Positions 26,701 through 36,347 of a stretch of DNA of 64,000 bases are shown piece after piece. Where the stretch lies: the IMG/VR virus record IMGVR_UViG_3300028394_000074, positions 1 to 64,000 of that record; one strand, given 5' to 3'. The position numbers were made by a program, and so were the translations under genes. Each line of letters begins with the position of its first letter. The stretch's first letter is position 1. Source of the stretch: an uncultured virus (IMG/VR IMGVR_UViG_3300028394_000074) (taxonomy: Duplodnaviria > Heunggongvirae > Uroviricota > Caudoviricetes). The notes below the pieces were generated by a model, which saw only the letters and a list, made by a program, of their open reading frames with translations, made no database searches and was not told the origin of the DNA.

Positions 26701-29007
26701 ATGAAGCCGAAGGTCTTACCAGTATTATTCCAAAATATACCTCTTGCACTACGCACAATCCCACGCTGGACACTGTGGAATTATGTAGAAGTGGGAGAGA
26801 ATGAAACAAAACGCTGGTCAAAACTGCCAGTACAACCCTCTGGCAAGGCTGCCAGTTCAACAAACGCATCAACATGGACAGACTTTCATTCTGTCGAGGC
26901 AGCATACCTAACCGCCAAGTTTGATGGCATTGGATTTGTATTTACAAAAGATGACCATATTGTTGGCGTTGATATGGACGATTGCTTTGATGAGCAAACC
27001 CTTAAGTTCACCAACCCCATGTTAGAGGCGATTGCCAGTAAGATTGATGGTTACATGGAGATCAGCCCATCGGGTACTGGGGTCAAAATATTTACACTGG
27101 GCGACATCCCTAGTGCATTTGTTGACCACAGCATTGGTCTTGAAGTGTACAAAATGGGTCGGTACTTTACTGTTACAGGGCAAAAGATTCGTGGAGAGTT
27201 ACCAACCGAGTTGCAAGACTTTACTGACATCATCCCCGAGCGCACAGTACGCTTAACTGGTGATGCCTTTGCTGACTACAACCCACCGCTTGATGGTTGG
27301 GACTTAGCTAAAGTTGAAACAGAACTACTACCAAACTTTGACCCAACTTACTACACCGATTGGTTGCAAGTGGGGATGTGTTTACATCATCAATTCCAGG
27401 GCGACATCGAGGCTTGTGAGGCATGGGATCGCTGGTCATATGGTGATGGTAGCGTGGAAAGTTATAACAATAATGCGTGCGAGAACAAGTGGAAAACCTT
27501 TAGTCAAAAGAGTGGTGGAGCAACGCTACGCACATTGACTTATAAAATATCATCGAACAAACGCAACGATGCGTTAGCCAAGGGTGATGTGATTCTGTCT
27601 GCAGCTCCATTGGAGAATGCTCAGACTTTTCTAGACTCAAAGTTCTCATCTGAAGAAGGTATCAAGCTAGTGCATTACTCGGGCGATTTTTTTAGTTACC
27701 AAGGTACGCACTATTCTGAGGTTGAAGAGTCAACCATTCGCTCTGAGTTGTATAAGTTTTTAGACAAGTGTAAGAAACAAGATCGCAAAGGTAATATTGT
27801 TGCGTTTGCCCCAAATCCAGCAAGCGTGAGTGGTGCGATGGATGGCATCAAGGCATTGACCCACCTACAGAATCAAGCCAATACACGCCCGCCAGTATGG
27901 CTCGATGGTTACAGCGCCAATCGTCCCGAGGCGAGTAAACTGGTCAGCGTTAAGAATGGTTTGTTTCACTTAGAAGATAACATCCTACTGCCACACTCAT
28001 TAGGTTTGTATACACAGAACTCATTGCCATTTGCATATGACCCGATGGCGCAATGCCCACTGTGGATGAAGTTCTTAGATGATGTTTGGGGAATGGATCA
28101 GCAGTCAATTGATTGCTTGCAAGAGATGTTTGGATACATATTATCGGGCGATACAGCACAGCAAAAGTTTTTTAACATCATTGGACCACGTCGTTCGGGT
28201 AAAGGCACAATCAACAAAATCTTAGTGGCGTTGCTTGGGCAACACAATACAGTAGCACCACAACTGGAGGAACTTTGTGATACATTTGGTTTGCAACCTT
28301 GGCTGGGTAAGCTCCTCGCTTCTTTTACTGATGCGAGAGCACCTGAACGAAACAGATCTTCTGTTGTATCTCAGCTTCTGCGGATTGTGGGCGGGGACAC
28401 TATTACCGTTAACCGTAAGAACAAGGAGAGTTGGAATGGTTATTTGCCTACTCGCATTGTTATTTACAGTAACGAGGTTCTTCAATTAACAGAGAACTCT
28501 AATGCACTTACTGGTCGTATGGTAGTGCTCAAGATGACACACAGTTTTTATAACAAGGAAGATACTAACCTATCAAACAAATTGATGGTTGAATTATCGG
28601 GCATTTTTAATTGGGCGATGGTTGGATTAAGTAGGCGGATTGAGCGTGGTGGGTATTTTGTGCAACCAGACAGTGGTAAAGAATTATTGGAAACCATGGA
28701 AGAGATGAGCAATCCAATTGGTGCGTTTATAGAGCAAGTTATGGAGTATGATCCCGAAGGTGAAGTAGATAAGGATCACGCTTTTATTTGTTATAAGCGT
28801 TGGGCAACAAAGCATGGGCTCAATCCAGGAAATGATCTATCCTTTAAGCGTAGATTCCTTGCATCAACACAAGATAAGAATGTAATATCAAGCGCCATCC
28901 GAGTCGATGGTAAACGACAACACAAATACTTGGGTATCAAGCTGACAGAAAAAGCTCTGGCCTATGTAGAAAAGCAAGTATACTTTGAGGAAGAGGAAAT
29001 ATTTTGA
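26701..29007 (+). CDS. Primase-polymerase / SF3 (D5-like) helicase
   Basis: GIGFV..VGVDMDDC, EISPSGTG, EVY..GRYFTVTG, PriCT-like YTDWLQVGM, Walker A GPRRSGKGT. Confidence 0.9.
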   Translation: MKPKVLPVLFQNIPLALRTIPRWTLWNYVEVGENETKRWSKLPVQPSGKAASSTNASTWTDFHSVEAAYLTAKFDGIGFVFTKDDHIVGVDMDDCFDEQTLKFTNPMLEAIASKIDGYMEISPSGTGVKIFTLGDIPSAFVDHSIGLEVYKMGRYFTVTGQKIRGELPTELQDFTDIIPERTVRLTGDAFADYNPPLDGWDLAKVETELLPNFDPTYYTDWLQVGMCLHHQFQGDIEACEAWDRWSYGDGSVESYNNNACENKWKTFSQKSGGATLRTLTYKISSNKRNDALAKGDVILSAAPLENAQTFLDSKFSSEEGIKLVHYSGDFFSYQGTHYSEVEESTIRSELYKFLDKCKKQDRKGNIVAFAPNPASVSGAMDGIKALTHLQNQANTRPPVWLDGYSANRPEASKLVSVKNGLFHLEDNILLPHSLGLYTQNSLPFAYDPMAQCPLWMKFLDDVWGMDQQSIDCLQEMFGYILSGDTAQQKFFNIIGPRRSGKGTINKILVALLGQHNTVAPQLEELCDTFGLQPWLGKLLASFTDARAPERNRSSVVSQLLRIVGGDTITVNRKNKESWNGYLPTRIVIYSNEVLQLTENSNALTGRMVVLKMTHSFYNKEDTNLSNKLMVELSGIFNWAMVGLSRRIERGGYFVQPDSGKELLETMEEMSNPIGAFIEQVMEYDPEGEVDKDHAFICYKRWATKHGLNPGNDLSFKRRFLASTQDKNVISSAIRVDGKRQHKYLGIKLTEKALAYVEKQVYFEEEEIF

Positions 29008-29558
29008 AGAAGAAACTTTACCATGTAATTAAAGTGCCAATTTTTCCAGCAAACATTCATGTGTGCTTGGATGAAATGTCATTTAAACAAGCACTGAAAG
29101 ACAAGAATGTAGTGCAAAAAGTGGAAATTATGGAAAATGGGGCGATGGCAGAAACCCATTCTGTACCAACAGCCGATGGTAGAACTTTCATTGGTTTATT
29201 GCTTGATCTAAATGCAATTGATGATTTAGATGCAACACTGGTTCATGAATCTGTACATTTGGTGTATCGTATTTTTGAATACATGTGCGAAGAAACACCC
29301 GGTGAAGAAACAAGGGCTTATCTTACAGAGTATGTTTATAAAGAAATAAGGAGAGTGTTAGATGAGCCTAGTGTTAGAAAAAGACATAGAGAATTACTTG
29401 AACAAAAAAATCAAGCAGTCATCGGGGCTCTCATACAAATGGCTGAGCAGCGTGACGGGAGTACCAGATCGGATAGTAATTCTCAACCAAAAGATCCTAT
29501 TCATAGAACTAAAAACACAGACAGGAAAACTGTCACCAAGGCAAGAGCTGGTATTTGA
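29004..29558 (+). CDS. HExxH-containing protein (metallopeptidase-like)
   Basis: TLVHESVHL...EETRAYL; 3' end overlaps the VRR-NUC gene. Confidence 0.5.
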   Translation: MKKKLYHVIKVPIFPANIHVCLDEMSFKQALKDKNVVQKVEIMENGAMAETHSVPTADGRTFIGLLLDLNAIDDLDATLVHESVHLVYRIFEYMCEETPGEETRAYLTEYVYKEIRRVLDEPSVRKRHRELLEQKNQAVIGALIQMAEQRDGSTRSDSNSQPKDPIHRTKNTDRKTVTKARAGI

Positions 29559-29646
29559 TGAACTGGGCGAAGCTGGATTTCCAGTTCATGTGTTGCGCTC
29601 TAAAGAAGATGTTGATGACTTTATAATAGAGGCGACCCGTGGCTAG
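29362..29646 (+). CDS. VRR-NUC nuclease
   Basis: EKDIE, GVPDRI, FIELK..GKLS..Q. Confidence 0.85.
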   Translation: MSLVLEKDIENYLNKKIKQSSGLSYKWLSSVTGVPDRIVILNQKILFIELKTQTGKLSPRQELVFDELGEAGFPVHVLRSKEDVDDFIIEATRG

Positions 29647-30448
29647 AAAAGAAGTGTATCACAATGAAAAAAAATACAGACAAACAAAACGTGGTCATAT
29701 TAGTAGAGCAATGGGTGCGGCATCAACTCGAGCAAGAAATGAATGTTTAGATTTTGATTTGGATTTAGATTATTTGGAATTGATTGCAACTGATTTTTGC
29801 CCAGTTTTTGGAACGCCATTTAACTGGGGTCAAGGAGAAAAAGTAAACGATTGGTCTCCGTCGTTAGATAAAATTATTCCAGAATTTGGGTACATCAAAC
29901 ACAATGTTATATTTATCAGTATGCTTGCTAATAAAATAAAGCAAGATGTTACTGAGAATGAAATTTATTTGGTAGGCGACTGGTTACACGAAGAAAGAAA
30001 GAAGACTTTAGATGCTCTCAAAAGATCAGCTCCACCCGTACCAATTGAACATGTTGTCATTAGCAAAGCAAATTCCGCATATCGGCTTATTTATGGAACC
30101 CGGACTTGGGAAGACCGCTACGGCGCTGACTATAATCAAGGAGAGCAAACCTGGGAAGACCTTGGTAGTTGCCCCGAAGCGAGTGGCAGAAACAGTATGG
30201 TCACAGGAATGTGGCAAATGGGAACACTTGAAATCTTTTACAGTGGCAAAGGTTATCGGTACGCCAGCGCAACGGGAATTAGCACTGAAGAGCTCCAGCG
30301 ACTTATATATTATAAACTTAGAGAACTTGGTTTGGCTATTGGATCAAAATCCAAAATTCGATTATCTGATAATAGACGAGAGCAGTCGGTTCAAGGATCC
30401 CTCGACCAAGAGATTCAAAGCCCTCAAAAAGCATTTGAAGGGTTTTAA
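29639..30448 (+). CDS. HNH-like (homing) endonuclease; 3' half overlaps the helicase gene
   Basis: CPVFG...SPSLDKIIPEFGYIKHNV.FIS..AN.IK. Confidence 0.65.
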   Translation: MARKEVYHNEKKYRQTKRGHISRAMGAASTRARNECLDFDLDLDYLELIATDFCPVFGTPFNWGQGEKVNDWSPSLDKIIPEFGYIKHNVIFISMLANKIKQDVTENEIYLVGDWLHEERKKTLDALKRSAPPVPIEHVVISKANSAYRLIYGTRTWEDRYGADYNQGEQTWEDLGSCPEASGRNSMVTGMWQMGTLEIFYSGKGYRYASATGISTEELQRLIYYKLRELGLAIGSKSKIRLSDNRREQSVQGSLDQEIQSPQKAFEGF

Positions 30449-31340
30449 AAGGCGTATAATACTCACTGGTACACCCACCCCTCAAGGGATGGCTGATCTC
30501 TGGTCACAGGTAGGTATATTGGACTTAGGTGAGCGTTTGGAAAGCAGTCTTACTCGGTTTCGTGATAAATATATGAACCCAGGGCAACGTAATCGGCACA
30601 CTGGGGTAATTTACAATTGGATATTAAAAGATGGTGCGGATAAAAGTATTACAGATAAGATTTCAGATATATGTTATTCGCTTAAGGCTGAAGATTATCT
30701 GCAGTTGCCTACGCTTACGACGCTATTTCATAATGTGGAATTAGATAAACCTATACGAGCAAAGTATAATGAACTTAGAAAAAACATGGTCGCTGAAATC
30801 GGTAAAGAACAGATCACAGCTCCAACAGCAGCGACATTGGCGGGGAAATTGCTCCAGTTTACATCGGGCGCTGTTTATGCCGAAAATGGAAAAGCGCAAG
30901 AGATACACCGCGCTAAATTGGAATATCTTGAGTCGATCATGGAAGAGTCTTCCTCCCCTACGCTGGTCTTCTACCACTTCAAACACTCGCTCCAACGGAT
31001 ACGTCTTCAATTCCCGCAAGCTGTGGTGCTGGACGATGACAACATTGCAGCGTGGCGTCGTGGCGAGATTCGTATGCTCCTTGCCCATCCCCAGAGTGGG
31101 GGAATCGGGCTCAATCTACAGTGCAACATTGGAGAGACAGCCCAAACGGTGTGGTTCGATCTACCATGGAGTTCAGAAAACTACATCCAGGCTAACGCTC
31201 GGATCTATCGCCAAGGGCAAGAAAAACCGGTTATTATACACCATTTAGTGGTGTCCAATAGCATTGATGGGCATGTAGTAAATGTATTAAATGGCAAAAT
31301 AACAATTCAAGATGCTTTAATGGATGCTTTAAATACATGA
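30012..31340 (+). CDS. SNF2-family helicase
   Basis: LHPYQ, PGLGKT, IIDES, LTGTP, GIGLNLQ, QANARIYRQGQ. Confidence 0.9.
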   Translation: MLSKDQLHPYQLNMLSLAKQIPHIGLFMEPGLGKTATALTIIKESKPGKTLVVAPKRVAETVWSQECGKWEHLKSFTVAKVIGTPAQRELALKSSSDLYIINLENLVWLLDQNPKFDYLIIDESSRFKDPSTKRFKALKKHLKGFKRRIILTGTPTPQGMADLWSQVGILDLGERLESSLTRFRDKYMNPGQRNRHTGVIYNWILKDGADKSITDKISDICYSLKAEDYLQLPTLTTLFHNVELDKPIRAKYNELRKNMVAEIGKEQITAPTAATLAGKLLQFTSGAVYAENGKAQEIHRAKLEYLESIMEESSSPTLVFYHFKHSLQRIRLQFPQAVVLDDDNIAAWRRGEIRMLLAHPQSGGIGLNLQCNIGETAQTVWFDLPWSSENYIQANARIYRQGQEKPVIIHHLVVSNSIDGHVVNVLNGKITIQDALMDALNT

Positions 31341-31636
31341 GAATAATAATAAATTGTAGTAAACCTCGTTTATCAGATGAAGAGGTAGATCCTTTAGAAT
31401 TGGATGACATTGATGCATTTGCTGGACATTTAGACAGTGGGTGGTTACCCTGGGATTTAGATGACTTAATTGATATTGAGCGTATTATAGCGGAGCGTAT
31501 GCCCAAAAAACAAAAATATGTTATTGAAGCATTTTTAACAGGTAGAACTTATTTAGATATAGGCGTTACTGAAAAACACTGGCGGTATCATTATGACAAA
31601 GCAATAGATTTTATTAAAGAGGAATTGAAATTATGA
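31337..31636 (+). CDS. Stand-alone sigma region 4-like HTH protein
   Basis: Acidic N-terminus, then MPKKQKYVIEAFLTGRTYLDIGVT..HWRYHYDKAIDFIKEEL, resembling the LP..QR.V....G.SY.EI....A...L sigma4 pattern. Confidence 0.5.
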   Translation: MRIIINCSKPRLSDEEVDPLELDDIDAFAGHLDSGWLPWDLDDLIDIERIIAERMPKKQKYVIEAFLTGRTYLDIGVTEKHWRYHYDKAIDFIKEELKL

Positions 31637-31818
31637 ACACTTTTGTAGTAGAGCATGAGTACAAGGGTCATCCTATGTTTGAAACCATCACGGGTGTCGA
31701 AGATATTGACTTATCTATGTTTGATAAGATATTGACATTGTGGGTATGTGATAACCAAGAAGAAGTAAATGCTGTTGAAAGCGAGTTAAGGAGAAAACAT
31801 GCACGACACAGTAAATAG
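31633..31818 (+). CDS. Hypothetical protein
   Basis: ATGA coupling. Confidence 0.5.
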   Translation: MNTFVVEHEYKGHPMFETITGVEDIDLSMFDKILTLWVCDNQEEVNAVESELRRKHARHSK

Positions 31819-32044
31819 TCCTAAACATTATATTAGTCATCCCAGTGGTATAGATTGTATTCAGATTACTGAACACATGAGTTTTAATTTAGGTAATGCC
31901 ATTAAATATATTTGGAGAGCCGATTTAAAACACGATGCAATTGAAGATTTGCGTAAAGCGCATTGGTATATTGAACGTGAAATTAAAAAGCGTATTAACC
32001 CAATTGAAGTTAATAACCATGTGGATAAGGAATGTGGAAAATGA
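31799..32044 (+). CDS. DUF3310 / SaV-like protein
   Basis: VNSPKHY..GIDCI...FNLGNAIKYIWRA..K...EDLRKA.WY. Confidence 0.85.
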   Translation: MHDTVNSPKHYISHPSGIDCIQITEHMSFNLGNAIKYIWRADLKHDAIEDLRKAHWYIEREIKKRINPIEVNNHVDKECGK

Positions 32045-34827
32045 TATTAGAACTTGATGATGATTTTACTGATGAAATTACAAGAGTTAATTTGGCTGAA
32101 AGTTATGTCGGCGTTTTAGGCATGATGAAAAATGGCGACGCTTGGCATGAAGATGATGTCAAAGCCTGGAAAGAATTACTTCCAGCAATTAAATTGGTTG
32201 GCAGTTGGTACAGTACAGATTTTGATGCGGATATTAAAAAGGCAAAGAAAAGAAAATGAATTCAAAAATTGATTTAGAATCAGCAATTATGTTGGCGTGG
32301 CAAACCAGTGATGATATTAATTTGTTGTACAAACATCATGGTGACCATCCAGTTCCGATGACAGAAGATGATGTGGGTAATGCTTTATGGGGCATCAAAG
32401 TTTTACATGACATGCGCATGGAAAAATTGATGGATACCTACTGTCGCAAAATGGAACTTAACGAGTATTGCACCGACCCAGAAAAACTAGCAGCAAGAGA
32501 AACCATGTTTCAAACCCCAAAAAAGAAAGGTAGTAAAAAATGACTGAAGAAATTAAAAAAGACCCATTAGACAATGAGATTATTAATTTTTCATTTACAG
32601 TAGCACAGGTAAATGGTTTGTTGCAAATCCTAGCCAATACGCCCTATGTTGTATCAGCGGGATTAATTGGTTTGATTAACATGCAAGGCGAGCCGCAGTT
32701 TAGGGCCGCAATTGACCGAGTAAATAAGGAAAAAAATGAATCTCAAACAACTTCTTAATATGGCTGGTGTTCGTAATGACATTGCCAAAGCAGTCGAAAA
32801 AAAACAGTTAACAGCCGAACAAGAACTTAAAGTTCAAGAAGAGGCTATGGCAATGACCAAAATGATTCTTAATGATGCTCTTCGATATCGTAAAGAACAT
32901 GGTAACAACACACCTCCTTCAGAGCCTAAAAAGACTATTATCATGCCTAATGAATAATAACCAATTAGAACCGCTTACTGATGAAATGATGTGTGAAATT
33001 GCAGCAGATGCTATGTTTGATGTAATGACCTATGCCATGACAACGGGCTATGTATCATTGCAAGATGTTCATTTAGCAATTGGTCGAGCAATTGAGCAAG
33101 CTCATGGAATTGGAATTAAGCAGTGAAAAGGTTTAACTTTCGCAAGACGTACGGCAGACGTAAACCAATCGGATCATTTAGGAGATAACATGGAACTTTA
33201 TAAATTAGAACGTGGTGATAACTTCAAGATCATCGACCAAGAGACCAAGGTGCCACCAGCAGCACCACAACCAGCCGACAACGTAACGTACAAGTACACC
33301 CACGTCGACGGCATGTACGCACCATGCGAAGGCACAGACGGTGAGCGCTACTACTTTGCGGCATGGACAGAGGTAGAGAAGGTATGAACGCAAATGAACT
33401 AGCTGAAATAATCCAGCACCTTGAAAACGCAAAGTATGTTGGTGCAAGTAAAGCCGCCACAATGCTACGCCAGCAACAAGCTGAAATAGAGTATTGGAAA
33501 GAGAAGTTTAACAAAGCTATGGAGTTAAATAAATGAACAATGAACCAGTAGCGTGGATGCTTGCCGACAAAGAAAAAGAACATATACGTAGCATTATGGC
33601 GGTGCAACATGATTTTGTTCCTGAAGGATGCGTTGAAATTCCACTCTACACCCATCCAGCAAAAGAATTAGGTTACAACGACATTATGGGAACATGGTGG
33701 GAAACAATGCCCAATGCAAAAAGTTGTGAAGGTGTATTTGAATTTGCTAGAGCAATACTAAGAAAGGCACAAGAGAAATGAACGGAATAACATTTAACAA
33801 GCAACCTAAAACCATTGGATATTGGCGATTATCTTATGGAGGTAGTAGTTATACACAATTTGCTATGTTTGGCAAACCAACAGACGAGCAAATTAAAAAC
33901 ACCGAAGAATTGCTTGGCTGGAAATGGGTTGATGAAAAGGCACAAGAGAAATGAACGCAAATGAACTAGCTGATTACATTACACAAAATTCCTATATTGG
34001 AACTGTAACTATGGAAGATGTAGCCACCACGCTTCGCCAACAACAAGCTGAAATTGAGGCGTTGAATCAGCGCATTGAGTACATGAGAGAAAAAGCAAGT
34101 CTTTGGGAGGCAGAGGCACACGCCGGTGGCTTTGAGGCTGGCAGGCAACAGGGCATGAAGCAAGAGCGGGCATTGTGGGAACTAGCGGCATCAACACAGG
34201 AGGCCTACATTTTAGAACTAGAAAACGGTTTGGAGTCTTCAATTAATTTAAACAAAGCACAAGCGGAGCGTAACAAATGACCACATTCACCACAGAAGAC
34301 AGGTTACATGCGGGAGAGTACCCATTAACCGATGAGCAGATTAAAGAACTGATGCCACTTAAACCATACGAAGAATATACAGAAATGGAAGCGCCGGATT
34401 TAATTGCGTTCGCCCGCGCCATCGAACGCGCCCATGGAATAGGAGAATAAGATGAGCATAACATTTACAGGTGGCCACGATACCATAGAAAAAGCTCAAG
34501 CAGAATTAAATAAACGAAAATATAAGGACAAATATACAATAGCCACTGTGTATTGCATGGAAAAAGAAAACGGAACTTTACATTTTGTAATACCAATTAA
34601 AGCCGTTGATTTGTTAATGGAATTTGACGAAAGAAACGAAAATGACTGAAATTGCAATATCATTCTTTATTGGCTTTATGGTCGGTCTTGTTATGCGCCC
34701 AAAAGACCCCGAGTTGAAACAGCAAATTGAGATATCCAACCGTAACTATCAGAAATATGAAGAAGAACTGAAATATTATAAAGATTTATGTAAATGGCAT
34801 GCTGATCAAAAAAGGGCGGATTCTTAA
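32041..34827 (+). other. Cluster of small coupled genes with shared N- and C-terminal modules
   Basis: Examples: 32256-32543, 32540-32758, 32736-32957, 32950-33126, 33190-33387, 33384-33536, 33533-33781, 33778-33954, 33951-34280, 34277-34450, 34452-34649. Confidence 0.6.
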
Positions 34828-34845
34828 AGTTTTTTGCATAAGTAG
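34814..34845 (+). promoter_or_regulatory. Phage late promoter GGGC-N17-TGCATAAGTAG (TerS operon)
   Basis: Exact motif, 17-nt spacer. Confidence 0.8.
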
Positions 34846-34849
34846 ATAT

Positions 34850-34934
34850 AGGACACGCTGTGAAGCGCTCCTGCCCTCACTTTGGCTGTAAATAAAGCCA
34901 CAGGTTCCCAGCTCACCTGCATAGAAAACTGGGA
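34850..34934 (+). ncRNA. Structured leader RNA: two hairpins plus an H-type pseudoknot
   Basis: AGGA..CGCT-GTGA-AGCG.TCCT; TGGCT/AGCCA; CAGGT/ACCTG with TCCCAG/CTGGGA. Confidence 0.5.
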
Positions 34935-34976
34935 TTTTTATACACATCATACACAACATACATAGAAAGTAACAAA

Positions 34977-35234
34977 ATGAATCCATTTGAACTACGCTTT
35001 TCCATTTTTAATACCGCTAAAGATTTAATGATCAAGCAACACGAAGCTAATTTAGCTGCTTGGGAAGTCATTAATAAGACTACCAAAGAAGCTGAAGAAT
35101 TGGCTCCACAGTTTCCAACCATGGAAGAGATCATTGACAAGGCTATTGAAATTAATACCTTTATTAGCGGCAGCACAACAAGAGAACTAACTAGCCTAGC
35201 CAAGAAAATGACTGGCGTTGGCATAGTATTTTAA
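34977..35234 (+). CDS. Hypothetical protein
   Basis: NPFELRF...AKD...FPT.EEII.KA...N.FIS motif recalled from phages. Confidence 0.6.
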   Translation: MNPFELRFSIFNTAKDLMIKQHEANLAAWEVINKTTKEAEELAPQFPTMEEIIDKAIEINTFISGSTTRELTSLAKKMTGVGIVF

Positions 35235-35237
35235 GTT

Positions 35238-35335
35238 TTGAGATTAGGCAAGGTGTGACCGGAGGCATCGGCACTTAATATCACCAGACCCGTAGGTAAC
35301 CAACTCCAAGATTGGGATTTCCTGCCTAGTATCAA
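35238..35335 (+). ncRNA. Candidate multi-branched intergenic ncRNA
   Basis: About 15-bp closing stem 35238-35252/35321-35335 enclosing 3 hairpins. Confidence 0.45.
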
Positions 35336-35365
35336 TTCTTTACAATAAAAGGTAAAAACTTTACA

Positions 35366-35515
35366 ATGGCAACTAAACCTGGATTGTACGCAAATATCCA
35401 CGCTAAACAGGAACGTATCAAGGCAGGCTCTGGCGAAAAGATGCGCAAGCCAGGTGCCAAGGGCGCACCCACAGCTAAACAATTTAAGGAGTCTGCAAAG
35501 ACTGCAAAAAAATGA
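35366..35515 (+). CDS. Small basic protein, 49 aa (MATKPGLYANIHAKQERIK...; not in ORF track)
   Basis: GLYANIHAK motif, Lys-rich. Confidence 0.65.
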   Translation: MATKPGLYANIHAKQERIKAGSGEKMRKPGAKGAPTAKQFKESAKTAKK

Positions 35516-35593
35516 ACGAACTAGACCCACCATTAGAAAACCTACAAGCCCCAGCCAATGAGGCACCTCCAGCAGAACCAACTCCAGTAGAAA

Positions 35594-35860
35594 ATGGCAA
35601 CTAAAAAGAAAGCTCCTTCCCTTGCAATTGGTCGTGGCGAAAAACTACCAGCATCTCAAGGTGCTGGACTGACAGCCAAAGGCCGTGCTAAATATAATGC
35701 GGCTACTGGATCGCATTTAAAAGCTCCTCAACCAGAAGGTGGCGCTCGTAAAGATTCATTCTGTGCTCGCATGTCTGGCGTTAAAGGCCCGATGAAAGAC
35801 GAGAATGGCAAACCAACACGCAAAGCAGCAGCACTAAAAAGGTGGAAATGTGGCAGTTAG
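35594..35860 (+). CDS. Small basic protein (DUF6321-like)
   Basis: GLTAKGRAKYN..TGS.LKAP...RKDSFCARM...ALKRWKC. Confidence 0.7.
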   Translation: MATKKKAPSLAIGRGEKLPASQGAGLTAKGRAKYNAATGSHLKAPQPEGGARKDSFCARMSGVKGPMKDENGKPTRKAAALKRWKCGS

Positions 35861-36239
35861 AAAATATACTTTTACCCAAGACATGTGCGATCGTATGATC
35901 GAACTGGGTACTCAAGGCGCATCTCAAAAAATGATTTGGGCTGATCTTGGTATTACTAAAGATGTGGCAGCCAATTGGCGTAAAAAATACCCAGAGTTTG
36001 CAGATGCTTTGGATATGGCTTTAGTACACTCACAAGCATATTGGGAGCGGGAGATGCTTGCCAATGTGGGCAATAAAGCATTTAACAGTCGCATTGCAGA
36101 AATTGCCCTTCGTGGCCAGTTTCCACAAGACTACAAAGATGTGCGTGAAATCAAAGCGGACATTAAACAAGAAGTTAAAATTGACTTTGCTGGCGAGGTA
36201 AATGACCTAATCAAGCAGTTACGAGCAAACGCTACTTAA
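35850..36239 (+). CDS. Terminase small subunit (putative)
   Basis: N-terminal HTH then W.KKYPEFADAL..A....QAYWE, like P22/Sf6-type TerS. Confidence 0.65.
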   Translation: MAVRKYTFTQDMCDRMIELGTQGASQKMIWADLGITKDVAANWRKKYPEFADALDMALVHSQAYWEREMLANVGNKAFNSRIAEIALRGQFPQDYKDVREIKADIKQEVKIDFAGEVNDLIKQLRANAT

Positions 36240-36263
36240 ACTTTAAAACTTTTTCACATTATG

Positions 36264-36306
36264 AAATGGGCTAGGTATAAAAACCTAGCCCATTTTGCAT
36301 AAGTAG
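36264..36306 (+). promoter_or_regulatory. Hairpin terminator overlapping a -10-only phage promoter
   Basis: AAATGGGCTAGGT/ACCTAGCCCATTT hairpin immediately followed by TGCATAAGTAG. Confidence 0.65.
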
Positions 36307-36347
36307 ATGTACAATTAAAGAAATTCAGACAAACAAGGAAAACAGTT

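Noticed and set aside
35296..35316. tRNA-Trp (CCA) anticodon arm
   Set aside because: 8-nt loop and 4-bp stem, with no T-arm GTTC or acceptor stem in tRNA order; kept only as a generic ncRNA candidate
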